Origin: an uncultured Candidatus Saccharibacteria bacterium
GTDB taxonomy: Bacteria; Patescibacteriota; Saccharimonadia; Saccharimonadales; Saccharimonadaceae
Direction of reading: 5' to 3'
NCBI GenBank assembly: GCA_937873745.1
Contig: CALMYZ010000047.1
Location: 1-48,033, forward strand
Length of the DNA stretch: 48,033 nucleotides
Below, in pieces: positions 1 to 10,000 of this stretch; position 1 is the first letter of the stretch, and the number at the start of each line of letters is the position of its first letter. A program made the translations under genes and the position numbers. A model generated the notes under the pieces. It had not been told where the DNA came from, did no database searches, and saw only the letters and a program-made list of their open reading frames with translations.

Positions 1-134
1 CAGCCGGCTTTGGCTATTACACCTGGAAGCAAGCCGAGCAACGCCGCAAAGCCACCGAGTTTCACCAAAACATCCAGAAAAATCTCAAAGACAAGGGACT
101 ACCTGTCATAGAGAGGCCGTTCGACAAGAGATAG
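1..134 (+). CDS. 3' end of an unidentified CDS entering from upstream of the window (...GLPVIERPFDKR*)
   Basis: Hand translation of frame 3 is open from position 3 to the TAG at 132-134. It is absent from the ORF track because it is truncated by the window edge. No recognisable motif. Confidence 0.4.
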   Translation, partial: AGFGYYTWKQAEQRRKATEFHQNIQKNLKDKGLPVIERPFDKR

Positions 135-161
135 CTTGACGGACATCTTCGTCCGCACCTC

Positions 162-190
162 TGTACATTTGTTGCCAAGTCTGCTATACT
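162..190 (+). promoter_or_regulatory. Candidate sigma70-type promoter for the DEAD-box helicase (TGTACA-N17-TATACT)
   Basis: TGTACA 162-167, 17-nt spacer, TATACT 185-190. This would give a 5' UTR of about 150 nt ahead of the ATG at 351. The -35 is weak. Confidence 0.3.
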
Positions 191-350
191 GGGGGTATAA
201 GCATTCGACGAATGTCAGGGCAACTTTTTTCAAAGACCAGCGCACCCTTACGGTTCAAGAAGTTACACTTCTTAGGCGCTCCACCGAAACCTTTTTCTCT
301 CATCTTCGACTAGTGCGATTTTATTACCCAAGAAGAAAGGCTATTTAGAT

Positions 351-1577
351 ATGGCATATCAACAAAAACGTGGCGGACGCCCGAGCGGTCCGCGTAATTT
401 TCATAGTGGCGGACGCCGTGGTGGCGGAGGCGGTCGCGGTGGGCGAAAAGGTCCAGCCAAAAAGTTTATCCATCCATCAAAGTTCGTCAACAAGGCGGTG
501 GCAAAAGAAGCCGAAGCTCCATACGAAGCGACTCATAAGTTTGTCGACTTTCCATTTGGTGCTGAACTCCAGCACAATATAAAGACAAAGGGCTACGAGA
601 CACCGAGCGCTATCCAAGATCAATCCATTCCGCACATCATAGAGGGCAAAGACGTCATCGGTCTAGCAAATACTGGTACCGGCAAGACGGCTGCCTTCCT
701 GCTGCCTATCATCGAGCGTCAGAGTGGCATTATGCTGCGCCCAAGTGTATTGATTGTCGCGCCGACTCGTGAGCTAGCTCAGCAGATAAATGACCAGTTC
801 CGTGAGTTTTCTCGAGGTATGAATCTTTACTCGACACTTATCGTCGGTGGTGTAAATATCGACCGTCAGATGCGTGACCTGCGTCGTCGACCACATGTCA
901 TCATCGGTACACCTGGTCGCCTAAATGACCTACTAAACAAAAAGGTGCTTCAGCTCAAAAACATGACTACACTGGTGCTAGACGAAGCAGATCGTATGCT
1001 AGACATGGGCTTCTTGCCAGATATCAAGCGGCTTGTCGAGGCCATGCCGCGTGAACGTCAGACGCTATTTTTTAGCGCGACTATCACTCCTGAGATTCAG
1101 ATATTGACTCAATCATTCCTAAATGACCCTGTGGTCGTATCTGTCCGTACTAGTGAGACGAGCGAGCATGTCGAGCAAGACGTTATTGAGACTCGCGACA
1201 AAGCGCACAAGATAGAGGTGCTGACAAATATGTTGAGTGATGAGGCTTATGAAAAAGTACTTGTCTTTGGTGAAACTAAGTTTGGCGTACAGCGCCTGAG
1301 TGACCACTTAGACAATGTCGGTATACCATCGGCTGCTATTCACGGCAACAAAAACCAGTCACAGCGGCAGCGTGCGCTCAAGCAGTTCAAGGATGAAAAA
1401 GTTAAGGTATTGGTAGCAACCGACGTAGCTGCTCGTGGCTTAGATATACCGAATGTCTCGCACGTCATCAACTTTGACACTCCGCAGACTTACGAAGACT
1501 ACGTGCATCGTATAGGCCGAACCGGTCGTGGCGGTGCTAGCGGTCGCGCACATACCTTCATCGACTCGCACTCTTAG
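351..1577 (+). CDS. DEAD-box ATP-dependent RNA helicase with N-terminal RGG-rich tail
   Basis: Q motif/motif I (TPSAIQ...ANTGTGKTAAF), motif II VLDEADRMLDMGF, SAT, and motif VI HRIGRTGRGG. The N-terminal 40 aa are Arg/Gly rich. Confidence 0.93.
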   Translation: MAYQQKRGGRPSGPRNFHSGGRRGGGGGRGGRKGPAKKFIHPSKFVNKAVAKEAEAPYEATHKFVDFPFGAELQHNIKTKGYETPSAIQDQSIPHIIEGKDVIGLANTGTGKTAAFLLPIIERQSGIMLRPSVLIVAPTRELAQQINDQFREFSRGMNLYSTLIVGGVNIDRQMRDLRRRPHVIIGTPGRLNDLLNKKVLQLKNMTTLVLDEADRMLDMGFLPDIKRLVEAMPRERQTLFFSATITPEIQILTQSFLNDPVVVSVRTSETSEHVEQDVIETRDKAHKIEVLTNMLSDEAYEKVLVFGETKFGVQRLSDHLDNVGIPSAAIHGNKNQSQRQRALKQFKDEKVKVLVATDVAARGLDIPNVSHVINFDTPQTYEDYVHRIGRTGRGGASGRAHTFIDSHS

Positions 1578-1594
1578 TCTAGCGAAAAGGTCGT

Positions 1595-1906
1595 ATGTCT
1601 CGTATAATAGACTATATGACACAGATCTCTAATGAAGATGTGCTACGCCTAGCACAGCTCTCTAGCTTGGAGCTAGAGGAAGGCGAAATCGAAACCCTAC
1701 GAACCCACTTAGAGGGGGTGATAAACCATGTAGATGAGCTAGCTGAGCTCGATACCGAGGGTGTCGAGCCGACCTATCAGGTGACCGACCTTCAGAATGT
1801 ATCGCGCGACGATACTGTCATAGACTACGGTGTGTCACGCGAACAGCTATTGGCATGCGCACCAGACCAGCAAGATAACTCCGTAAAAGTACCGAAGGTT
1901 TTGTAG
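1595..1906 (+). CDS. gatC: Asp-tRNA(Asn)/Glu-tRNA(Gln) amidotransferase subunit C
   Basis: About 100 aa, immediately upstream of gatA. The N-terminus is GatC-like (ISNEDVLRLAQLSSLELEEGE). The in-frame ATG at 1616 is an alternative start. Confidence 0.85.
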   Translation: MSRIIDYMTQISNEDVLRLAQLSSLELEEGEIETLRTHLEGVINHVDELAELDTEGVEPTYQVTDLQNVSRDDTVIDYGVSREQLLACAPDQQDNSVKVPKVL

Positions 1907-1909
1907 ACC

Positions 1910-3283
1910 ATGACAAAAATATCCGACTATTTATCCAAATCGGCTGTCGAAAATATCCAAGCCGCACTAGCTAGAGCCGAAGAGACCTCTGAATATAGCG
2001 CCCTGCTGAGCCTGACAAAGGAGCGCGCTATGGAGCGAGCTTACGCCGTCGATAGTGGCGAAATTACAGGTCGTTTGGCTGGCGTACCATTTGTGGTCAA
2101 AGATAACTTCTTGGCATATGGCGCACCGACCACGGCAGCTAGCAAGTTTTTGCAAGATTTCTATACACCTCTGCAAGCTACAGCTGTTGAGAAACTAGAA
2201 GCCGAAGGCGCGATATGCATCGGCAAGGCAAATCTTGATGCCTTTGCGCACGGTGGTAGTACCGAAAACTCAGCTTTTGGGCCGACCAAAAATGCCCACG
2301 ATAAGTCGCGCGTCGCCGGCGGTAGCTCTGGTGGCTCGGCCGTGGTGACGGCACTCGACGTCGTGCCGTTTGCTCTTGGTACGGATACAGGAGGCTCGAT
2401 TCGTCAGCCAGCTAGTTTTAACGGCGTCTACGGCGTCAAGCCAACTTACGGTACAGTAAGTCGCTTCGGTGTGGTCGCGATGGCTAGTAGCACGGATACT
2501 ATCGGTTGTTTCGCGACTTGTGCTGGGGATGCCGAGCTAGTGATGGATATTATGGCTGGTCGTGATGAGCGCGACGGTACGACGCTACCGGACTTTTTTG
2601 CGCCAGAGACCGTCAAGCCTGGACAGAAGATCGGTCTTATCAAAGAATTTATGTCTGACGATGTCGATCAAGCGGTGCGCCAGCGTACGCTAGAATACGT
2701 CGATAGGTTAAAGGCCGCCGGTCATAGTGTCGAAGAGGTTTCGATGCCGATGGTCAAATACGCTCTGCCGATGTACTATGTCATCGTACCGGCTGAGGTG
2801 AGTAGTAATCTAGCGCGCTATGATGGTGTGCGTTATGGCACCAGAGCTGAGGGCGTCAAATCTCTCGGTGAGCTCTATGGTAAGTCACGCGACAAGGGTT
2901 TTGTAGATGAAAATAAGCTCCGCATCATGGTGGGTAGCTACGTGCTATCTAGCGGCTATTTTGACGCTTACTATCAGCAGGCCCAAAAAGCCCGCACACT
3001 CTTGATAGACGAATATCGGAGACTGTTTGACGAATACGACGTCTTGATCGGGCCGGTCGCACCGACAACGGCCTTTAAGCTGGGCGAAAACACCGATGAC
3101 CCGGTAAAGATGTATCTAGCCGATATCATGACGGTGCCTGCTAGCTTGGCTGGTCTACCATCTATAAGTGTACCGGCTGGTGTTGACGAATCTGGCTTGC
3201 CGATAGGCGTGCAGCTGACTGGCTGGCGCAAGAGTGACGCCAATCTACTGGCTCTAGCAAAGTCTATGGAGGTGACTGAGTAA
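1910..3283 (+). CDS. gatA: Asp-tRNA(Asn)/Glu-tRNA(Gln) amidotransferase subunit A
   Basis: Amidase signature GGSSGGSA...GTDTGGSIRQPA. Length and position between gatC and gatB fit. Confidence 0.95.
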   Translation: MTKISDYLSKSAVENIQAALARAEETSEYSALLSLTKERAMERAYAVDSGEITGRLAGVPFVVKDNFLAYGAPTTAASKFLQDFYTPLQATAVEKLEAEGAICIGKANLDAFAHGGSTENSAFGPTKNAHDKSRVAGGSSGGSAVVTALDVVPFALGTDTGGSIRQPASFNGVYGVKPTYGTVSRFGVVAMASSTDTIGCFATCAGDAELVMDIMAGRDERDGTTLPDFFAPETVKPGQKIGLIKEFMSDDVDQAVRQRTLEYVDRLKAAGHSVEEVSMPMVKYALPMYYVIVPAEVSSNLARYDGVRYGTRAEGVKSLGELYGKSRDKGFVDENKLRIMVGSYVLSSGYFDAYYQQAQKARTLLIDEYRRLFDEYDVLIGPVAPTTAFKLGENTDDPVKMYLADIMTVPASLAGLPSISVPAGVDESGLPIGVQLTGWRKSDANLLALAKSMEVTE

Positions 3284-3702
3284 TGGATTTTAAATTGATA
3301 ATTTTGTTTGCTGTTGTATTGATTTTGGCCGGTGTACTATTTGCGTTTATTACTCTAAAGGGTGGCAAGCGCAAATACCTAAACACCGATAAGTATCGGT
3401 CACAGTGGCTGACTATCGAGCATGGTCTCGACAAGACAAACGAGGCTAGTTTTCAGCTAGCTATATTAAATGCCGATAAGCTACTCGATAAAGCGTTACG
3501 AGAACGTGGCTTTGAAGGTAATACAATGGGTGAGCGTATGAAATCTGCCAAAGGTGAATGGACGAAGATAGATCAAGTCTGGGCTGCTCACAAAATACGC
3601 AATCGTATCGCGCACGAGCCGGAGTTTAAGCTGTCTTACAATTCAACTCGTCGCGCACTGGCGGTGTTCAAGCAGGCTCTAAAAGATACGGGGGCTATCT
3701 AA
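3283..3702 (+). CDS. Small membrane-anchored protein with HEPN/DUF4145-like Rx4H motif, embedded in the gatCAB operon
   Basis: One N-terminal TM helix (aa 5-25) is followed by KGGKRK. The C-terminal helical domain carries KIRNRIAHE (R106-x4-H111). TAATG stop/start overlaps occur at both ends (3281-3285 and 3700-3704). Confidence 0.75.
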   Translation: MDFKLIILFAVVLILAGVLFAFITLKGGKRKYLNTDKYRSQWLTIEHGLDKTNEASFQLAILNADKLLDKALRERGFEGNTMGERMKSAKGEWTKIDQVWAAHKIRNRIAHEPEFKLSYNSTRRALAVFKQALKDTGAI

Positions 3703-5141
3703 TGGTTAGTCAAAGTGTTTTAGATAAATATCAGATGACTATCGGTATAGAATGTCATGTCCAGCTAGCCACCAAGACCAAGTTGTTTAGTGGTGCTGAC
3801 AACGACGCGCGAGACAAGTCACCGAATAGTGTCGTCAGTCCGATTGACTACGGTCTGCCGGGTATGTTGCCAGTGCTCAACTGGCAGGCTGTTGAGCTGG
3901 CTGTTCGTGCTGGCAAGGCACTCAATGCCGAAGTGGCAAAAGTTAGTAGGTTTGATCGCAAGCATTATTTTTATCCAGACCTACCAAAAGGTTATCAGAC
4001 TAGTCAGCTATATGAGCCGATTATCCTGGCCGGCTATGTAGATGTGCCACTCGAAAACGGAACAACCGAACGAGTCCGAATACATCACGCTCATATGGAA
4101 GAAGACGCTGGAAAATTGACTCACTTTGGCGACTATAGTCTGGTAGATCTAAATCGAGCCGGTACACCACTCATAGAGATTGTTTCTGAGCCGGATATTC
4201 ATTCAGCTGAAGCTGCTCGCGCCTTTGCGACCGAGCTTTATAGGCTGATGACATATGCTGGTGTGACGCACGGTGACTTGTACCACGGCAATATGCGTTT
4301 CGATGTCAATATATCGATTGCGCCAGTTGGCTCGACTACACTTGGTAAGCGCACCGAGGTCAAAAACCTCAATAGTTTTCGTAGCGTCGAAAAAGCAGCC
4401 GAGTATGAATTTCGGCGTCAGGTAGAGTTGATAGAAAAAGGCGAAACTATCATCCAAGAGACGCGTGGCTGGCAAGATGACAAACAAATAACGACTAGTC
4501 AGCGCAGCAAAGAAGACGCGCAAGATTATCGCTATATGCCAGATGCCGACATACCGCCAATTGTTCTAACTGAGGCTGAAATTGATAAAATTCAGGCTGA
4601 TGTACCGAAACTGCCATACGAATATCGGGCGGAGTTTGCTGACTTAGATGTCGACAAGTCTGTGCTGGCTGTAGTCTTGGCGAAGCAATCTCTGGCTGAG
4701 ATGGTGTCGGCCGTCTTGGCAGTAGATACTCCGGCCGCTAGGCGTACCGCTAACTGGGTAGCGAGTAATCTCAGTGTCGACGAAGATGCCGATATCAGTC
4801 AAGTGGCTCAGGCCGGTGACTTGGTCGAGCTAGCCGCTATGGCAGAAAGGGGCGAGATATCGTCAAACGCAGCTAGTGAGATATTTAATACCCTGATGAG
4901 TGGTTCGACAGATCCGCGTCAAATCGCCGAGGCTAGTAATCTACTTCAGCTAAGCGACGAGTCGGCCGTGGTGGCGGTTGTCGAGCAGGTCTTGGCCGAT
5001 CCAGCTAGCCAAAAAGCAATCGAAGATATCAAGTCGGGCAATGACAAGGCGATTGGTTATCTAGTTGGCCAAGTCATGAAACTTTCTCAAGGCAAGGCGA
5101 ATCCGTCGATGGCCCAAAAACTAATCAAGGAGCGTATATAG
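3702..5141 (+). CDS. gatB: Asp-tRNA(Asn)/Glu-tRNA(Gln) amidotransferase subunit B
   Basis: Typical GatB N-terminus (YQMTIGIECHVQL, DYGLPGMLPVLN, HMEEDAGK) and a GatB/YqeY C-terminal domain. Confidence 0.95.
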   Translation: MVSQSVLDKYQMTIGIECHVQLATKTKLFSGADNDARDKSPNSVVSPIDYGLPGMLPVLNWQAVELAVRAGKALNAEVAKVSRFDRKHYFYPDLPKGYQTSQLYEPIILAGYVDVPLENGTTERVRIHHAHMEEDAGKLTHFGDYSLVDLNRAGTPLIEIVSEPDIHSAEAARAFATELYRLMTYAGVTHGDLYHGNMRFDVNISIAPVGSTTLGKRTEVKNLNSFRSVEKAAEYEFRRQVELIEKGETIIQETRGWQDDKQITTSQRSKEDAQDYRYMPDADIPPIVLTEAEIDKIQADVPKLPYEYRAEFADLDVDKSVLAVVLAKQSLAEMVSAVLAVDTPAARRTANWVASNLSVDEDADISQVAQAGDLVELAAMAERGEISSNAASEIFNTLMSGSTDPRQIAEASNLLQLSDESAVVAVVEQVLADPASQKAIEDIKSGNDKAIGYLVGQVMKLSQGKANPSMAQKLIKERI

Positions 5142-5143
5142 AC

Positions 5144-6007
5144 ATGAAACGTCCAACTAAGGCTATTGTTACTGATGCCGGCTTCGCTAGTCGCTATCTA
5201 CCTATAACCAAGACTATACCGAAAGCTATGTTGCCATTTGGTAACAAACCTATCATGCAATTGGTCGTCGAAGAATGTGTCGAGGCGGGTATTCGCGAGG
5301 TTATCATCGTAGCAACCCCGGAAGGTAAGCCGATTTACGAAGATTATTTCTGCAATCCGGTTAGTCATATACACCAGCAGCTCAAATCTCAAGGCAAGGA
5401 AGATCGCTACAGCCTAGTGCGAGAAGTTCTGGACCTACCAAAAATCATCGTGATAGAACAAGACCAGAGTTTGCCGTACGGCAATGGTTCGCCTATTGTT
5501 AGTGCGCGTGACTATATCGCCGACGACGAGGCGTTTTTGGTGCTATACAGTGACGATGTTGTTTTCGGCAAGAGTGACGCCAAGAGCTTGCTCGAGGCTT
5601 ACGACAGAAACCCGGACGCCAAAGCTATAGTTGCCGCCCAGGAGGTCGATACTTCTGTGGTAGATAAATACGGTATATTTCAGTTAAAAGACGATAATAA
5701 ACTCGATTATATAGTCGAAAAACCAGCTTTAGGTGAGGAGCCATCGCGACTAGCTTCTTATGGTCGCTATCTTTTGACAGCTGAGGTTTTTGAGTATCTA
5801 AACCCAGATAATACTGGCTTAGATAACGAACTTTGGACAGTGGATGCCATCACCAAGCTCGCCAAGTCTGGCGACGTCTATGTAGAGGCTACCGAAGGTC
5901 GTTGGGTGACTACGGGCGATCCAAAGAATTATTTCTTGGCGCATCTGCAGTATATACTCGACAACGAGGACTATGCTGACGATGTGCGACGAGCTATTCA
6001 GGGCTAG
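5144..6007 (+). CDS. galU: UTP-glucose-1-phosphate uridylyltransferase-like sugar nucleotidyltransferase
   Basis: N-terminal KAIVTDAGFASRYLPITKTIPKAMLPFGNKPIMQLVVEE aligns with the GalU GxGTRxLPxTKxxPKEMLP block (variant AGFASR). AGGAG SD upstream. Confidence 0.8.
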   Translation: MKRPTKAIVTDAGFASRYLPITKTIPKAMLPFGNKPIMQLVVEECVEAGIREVIIVATPEGKPIYEDYFCNPVSHIHQQLKSQGKEDRYSLVREVLDLPKIIVIEQDQSLPYGNGSPIVSARDYIADDEAFLVLYSDDVVFGKSDAKSLLEAYDRNPDAKAIVAAQEVDTSVVDKYGIFQLKDDNKLDYIVEKPALGEEPSRLASYGRYLLTAEVFEYLNPDNTGLDNELWTVDAITKLAKSGDVYVEATEGRWVTTGDPKNYFLAHLQYILDNEDYADDVRRAIQG

Positions 6008-6011
6008 TAGG

Positions 6012-6040
6012 TTTACCTATAGGCTTGATAAGCGTATAAT
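6012..6040 (+). promoter_or_regulatory. Candidate promoter TTTACC-N17-TATAAT for the small membrane protein operon
   Basis: TTTACC 6012-6017, 17-nt spacer, TATAAT 6035-6040. It is followed by an AAAGG SD and the ATG at 6075. Confidence 0.45.
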
Positions 6041-6074
6041 TATGGTGTAACACATAAACATGAAAGGTTAAAAA

Positions 6075-6320
6075 ATGGACTGGGCACAAGTATTAGTTAT
6101 TATTTTGTCACTGTTTTTGGCTATATTTTTAGTACTATCTATTGTACTGACGATGATGCTGATACGAATCACGAAGCAGATTCGGACGATTACAGACAGC
6201 GTAGAACGAACTACCAGTAGTGTAGAGAAGACGGTGGTAGGTATATCAAATGTCGCTTCGGCTACGTATCTGACAAAGATACTGAAGAATTACATTAAGA
6301 ATTATAAATCTGATAAATAA
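6075..6320 (+). CDS. Small membrane protein, DUF948/YtxG-like (N-terminal TM helix plus short coiled region)
   Basis: N-terminal hydrophobic helix followed by a Thr/Ser/Val-rich helical segment. It lies immediately upstream of a YtxH-like gene, as in Firmicutes ytxG-ytxH. Confidence 0.55.
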   Translation: MDWAQVLVIILSLFLAIFLVLSIVLTMMLIRITKQIRTITDSVERTTSSVEKTVVGISNVASATYLTKILKNYIKNYKSDK

Positions 6321-6331
6321 GGAGAGCTATT

Positions 6332-6709
6332 ATGGCGGGAAAAGGTAAATTTGCACTCGGAGCACTTATAGGTGGCGCAATCGGCGCAGTTGTTGGCATA
6401 CTGGCGGCACCAAAGAGCGGCAAGGAGACACGAGAAGATATCAAGTCCAAGGCTGACGATATCAAGAAAGAGGCTTTAGTGAGGGCCGACGAGATCGGTC
6501 AAGAAGTTAGCAAGCAGGCTAAGCGCGCTCAGGACAAGGCTACTGAGCTAGCAGATGAAGCTAAAGCATCTGTAGCGGATATCAAAGACAAGACTGGGCG
6601 AGTAGCTGGTGAGTCCGCAGAAAACTTCGACACCTATAGGTCGAAGAGTGAAAACGCCGTCAAGGGTGCTATAGACGGTGCTAAAAAAGGTTTCAACAAA
6701 AAAGTCTAA
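6332..6709 (+). CDS. YtxH domain-containing protein
   Basis: GALIGGAIGAVVGILAAPKSGKETREDIK is the characteristic YtxH N-terminal signature. The rest is charged and helical. Confidence 0.75.
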   Translation: MAGKGKFALGALIGGAIGAVVGILAAPKSGKETREDIKSKADDIKKEALVRADEIGQEVSKQAKRAQDKATELADEAKASVADIKDKTGRVAGESAENFDTYRSKSENAVKGAIDGAKKGFNKKV

Positions 6710-6713
6710 CTAG

Positions 6714-7004
6714 ATGACCAAAAAACAGCCCAAGAAAAGTCAGGCTGCTAAGCTGAAGCAAGAGGCTGGTCCGAAGTATGCCTTGCTACAAGATATGTTT
6801 AACGATTTCTACAAAGATCGGCGTAAGGTTTATCAATTCAACTTTTTGCGTGGGATATTTTTTGGGCTAGGCAGTGTACTCGGTGCGACAGTTGTTTTGG
6901 CTCTGATTATATCTATATTGAATATATTTACAGACATACCAGGCGGGATAGGCGATTTCGTGCAGCGTATCGTTGATGCTATGGATCGATCGCGTTCGGT
7001 ATAA
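6714..7004 (+). CDS. Small membrane protein, DUF5665-like
   Basis: Basic N-terminus, then FLRGIFFGLGSVLGATVVLALIISIL, which matches the pattern I recall for DUF5665 proteins. Family assignment is from memory only. Confidence 0.5.
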   Translation: MTKKQPKKSQAAKLKQEAGPKYALLQDMFNDFYKDRRKVYQFNFLRGIFFGLGSVLGATVVLALIISILNIFTDIPGGIGDFVQRIVDAMDRSRSV

Positions 7005-7049
7005 TTTACAACCAAAACTTACTAGATATCGAGTATACTAGTAATAGCT

Positions 7050-10000
7050 ATGGGGGTAAAAGCACAGCTTATTAATGATGACGCTACGTCTCTGACGGTG
7101 GCTGATTTTGTTCATCTCCACAATCACACACATCATAGTCTGCTCGACGGCCTGACTAAGATCCCAGACCTTGTAAACCTGGTCAAGGACATGGGTATGG
7201 AGGCGGTCGCGGTGACTGATCACGGTACGATGAGTGGAGTGATCGAGCTCTATAAATCTGCCAAGGCAGCTGAGATCAAGCCGATACTTGGTATTGAGAC
7301 ATATGTGGCTTCGCGAACTCGCTTTGATCGTGATCCGCAAAAAGACAAAGCGCGCTATCACCTAACTCTACTCGCGATGAACAATCAAGGTTATCAAAAC
7401 CTGATGCTGCTCTCGACCAAGGCAAATCTGGAGGGTATGTACTACAAGCCGCGCATCGACCACGATCTATTAGAAGAGCTGGGCGAGGGGATTATAGTCT
7501 TGTCGGGCTGTGCGAGCAGTGAGCTTGGCGAAAACCTGCGCACCGACAATTACGAAGAAGCCAAGCGAATCGCCAGCTGGTACAAGTCTGTTTTTGGTGA
7601 TAGATATTATCTTGAGCTGCAAGATCACGGTCACCCTGACTCTGGCACGGCGTGGGACGTGCAAATAAAGATAAACGGCTACCTAGAGAAGCTGTCGCAA
7701 GAATTGGATATTCCTTGTGTTGTCACGGCAGATGGCCACTATCTGACGCACGATTACCAAGATGCTCACGAGATACTTCTCTGTGTAGGCACCGGTTCGT
7801 TTTTGAGTGACGAAAAGCGCATGAGCCTAAAGGATTTTGAGCTACATGTGGCTGATCCAGCAGATATTATCGCTCGCTGGAGCAAAACCAATCCTGAGGC
7901 GGTACGTAACACCAAGCGAATCGCTGATCGCTGCGATGTCGAGATAGAGCTAGGTCGTATCTTGATACCGAAATTTCCAACACCAGACGGTCAGAGTGAA
8001 AAAGACTACCTAGACGAGCTGGTTTATCAGGGTATGGCAGTGCGCTATCTAGGTAAGAGTCTCGAGGAGACCTCAAGGATGACAAATCAAGCTATCCGCG
8101 ACTTGCTCAATGAGGCTCAGCTGGAGCGACTTGATATGGAGTTTGGAGTCTTAGATCGCATGGGCTACAATGGCTACTTCTTGATAGTCCAGGACTTTAT
8201 CAACTGGGGTAAAAATCAGGGGATTATCTTTGGTCCTGGCCGTGGTTCTGCCGCCGGATCCATCATCGCCTATGTGTTAAATATTACCGACCTCGACCCT
8301 CTAGAATACGACTTGCTGTTTGAGCGCTTCCTAAACCCCGATCGTATCTCGATGCCGGATATTGATATCGACATCCAGGATACTCGACGAGGTGAGGTGA
8401 TTGAGTATTGTGCCGAAAAATACGGTCGTGATCGCGTGACGAATATCGGTACTTTTGGTACGATGGCGGCACGTGCGGCTGTACGTGATGTTGCTAGGGT
8501 GCTAGAGGTGCCATATGCCGAGAGCGATCGACTAGCTAAGTTAGTGCCGCCTCCGGTACAGGGTAGGCATATACCACTAAAGGTCAGTGTCAAGGATGAC
8601 CAAGACCTGAAGCGTGAATACGAAAGTAATCCGATAGCCAAAGAGGTGTTTGACTATGCTATGCAGATAGAGGGTACGATGCGTTCGCACGGTGTCCATG
8701 CGGCCGGCGTGGTGATTGCACCAGATGATATCGTCAAGTATGTGCCACTCGAGATGGCTCAAAAAGGCGTCGTCGCGACGCAGTTTCCGATGGGCCCTGT
8801 CGAGGAGCTAGGCCTGCTCAAGATGGACTTTTTGGGTCTGTCGAACCTATCTATCATCAATAACGCCCTGAGGATTATCAAAAAAGTTTATAAGCGAGAG
8901 ATTGAGCTGTCGTCGATACCGCTCGATGACGCCAAGACATATGAGCTGTTTCAGCGCGGTGATACAACCGGTGTCTTTCAGCTAGAATCAGCGGGTATGA
9001 AGCGCTATCTACGCGACCTCAAGCCGACAGTTTTTGACGATATTATCGCCATGGTGGCGCTTTATCGACCTGGCCCGATGCAGTTTATCGATAGTTTTAT
9101 CAAACGAAAGCATGGCCAGGAGAAGATTACCTATCTACACTCCGGGATGGAAAACTCACTAAAAAACACTTACGGCATCTTGGTCTACCAAGAGCAATTC
9201 ATGCAGATATCGAAGGAATGGTGTGGATTTACCGGTGGTCAGGCTGATACCCTGCGTAAGGCTGTGGGCAAGAAAAATATTGATCTGATGCGCAAAGTAA
9301 AAGTTGATTTCGTCAACGGCGCTATTGAGCATGGCGGTGCAGATAAGGCGGTGGCTGAGAAGTTTTGGGATCAACTAGAGGAGTTCGCGAACTACTGTTT
9401 CAATAAATCTCACGCTGCTTGTTATGGCTTGATCGCCTATTGGACGGCCTATCTTAAGGCTCATTATCCAGACGCCTTCATGGCGGCTGTGATGACGAGC
9501 GACCAAGATGACACCGATCGACTGGCGATCGAGATCAATGAGTGCAAGCATATGGGGCTGCAGGTGTTAGCGCCAGATGTCAATGAGTCATTCGTCGAAT
9601 TCGCTGTCGTGCCAGGCAAAAAGCAGATTCGCTTCGGCATGGCAGCGGTCAAAGGTGTCGGTGTCGGTGCGGTAGAGGAGATTTTGCGAGCCCGAGATAT
9701 CGACGGCAAGTTCAAGGGTGTCGAGGATTTTGCCAAGCGCGTCAGCACTAGCCGATTCAACAAGAAAGCCTGGGAATCGCTAATAAAATCTGGTGGCTTC
9801 GATAGGTTCGGTGATCGCTCTGACCTACTGTTTAATCTAGAGACGATTCAGGCCTTTGCCTCGAAGATACAAAAAGAAGCCTTGAGCGGTCAGACTGATC
9901 TATTTGCGGTTCTGGGAGACGATAATTCCATCCAGCCCACCATAACACTTCAGGCGGCGCCACTGAAACACAGTCAAAAAGAGCAACTGATGTGGGAGCG

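Noticed and set aside
136-348. 70-aa ORF (TTG start) upstream of the DEAD-box helicase.
   Set aside because: It has no SD and an unconvincing composition. It coincides with the candidate promoter and 5' UTR of the helicase, so it was treated as non-coding.
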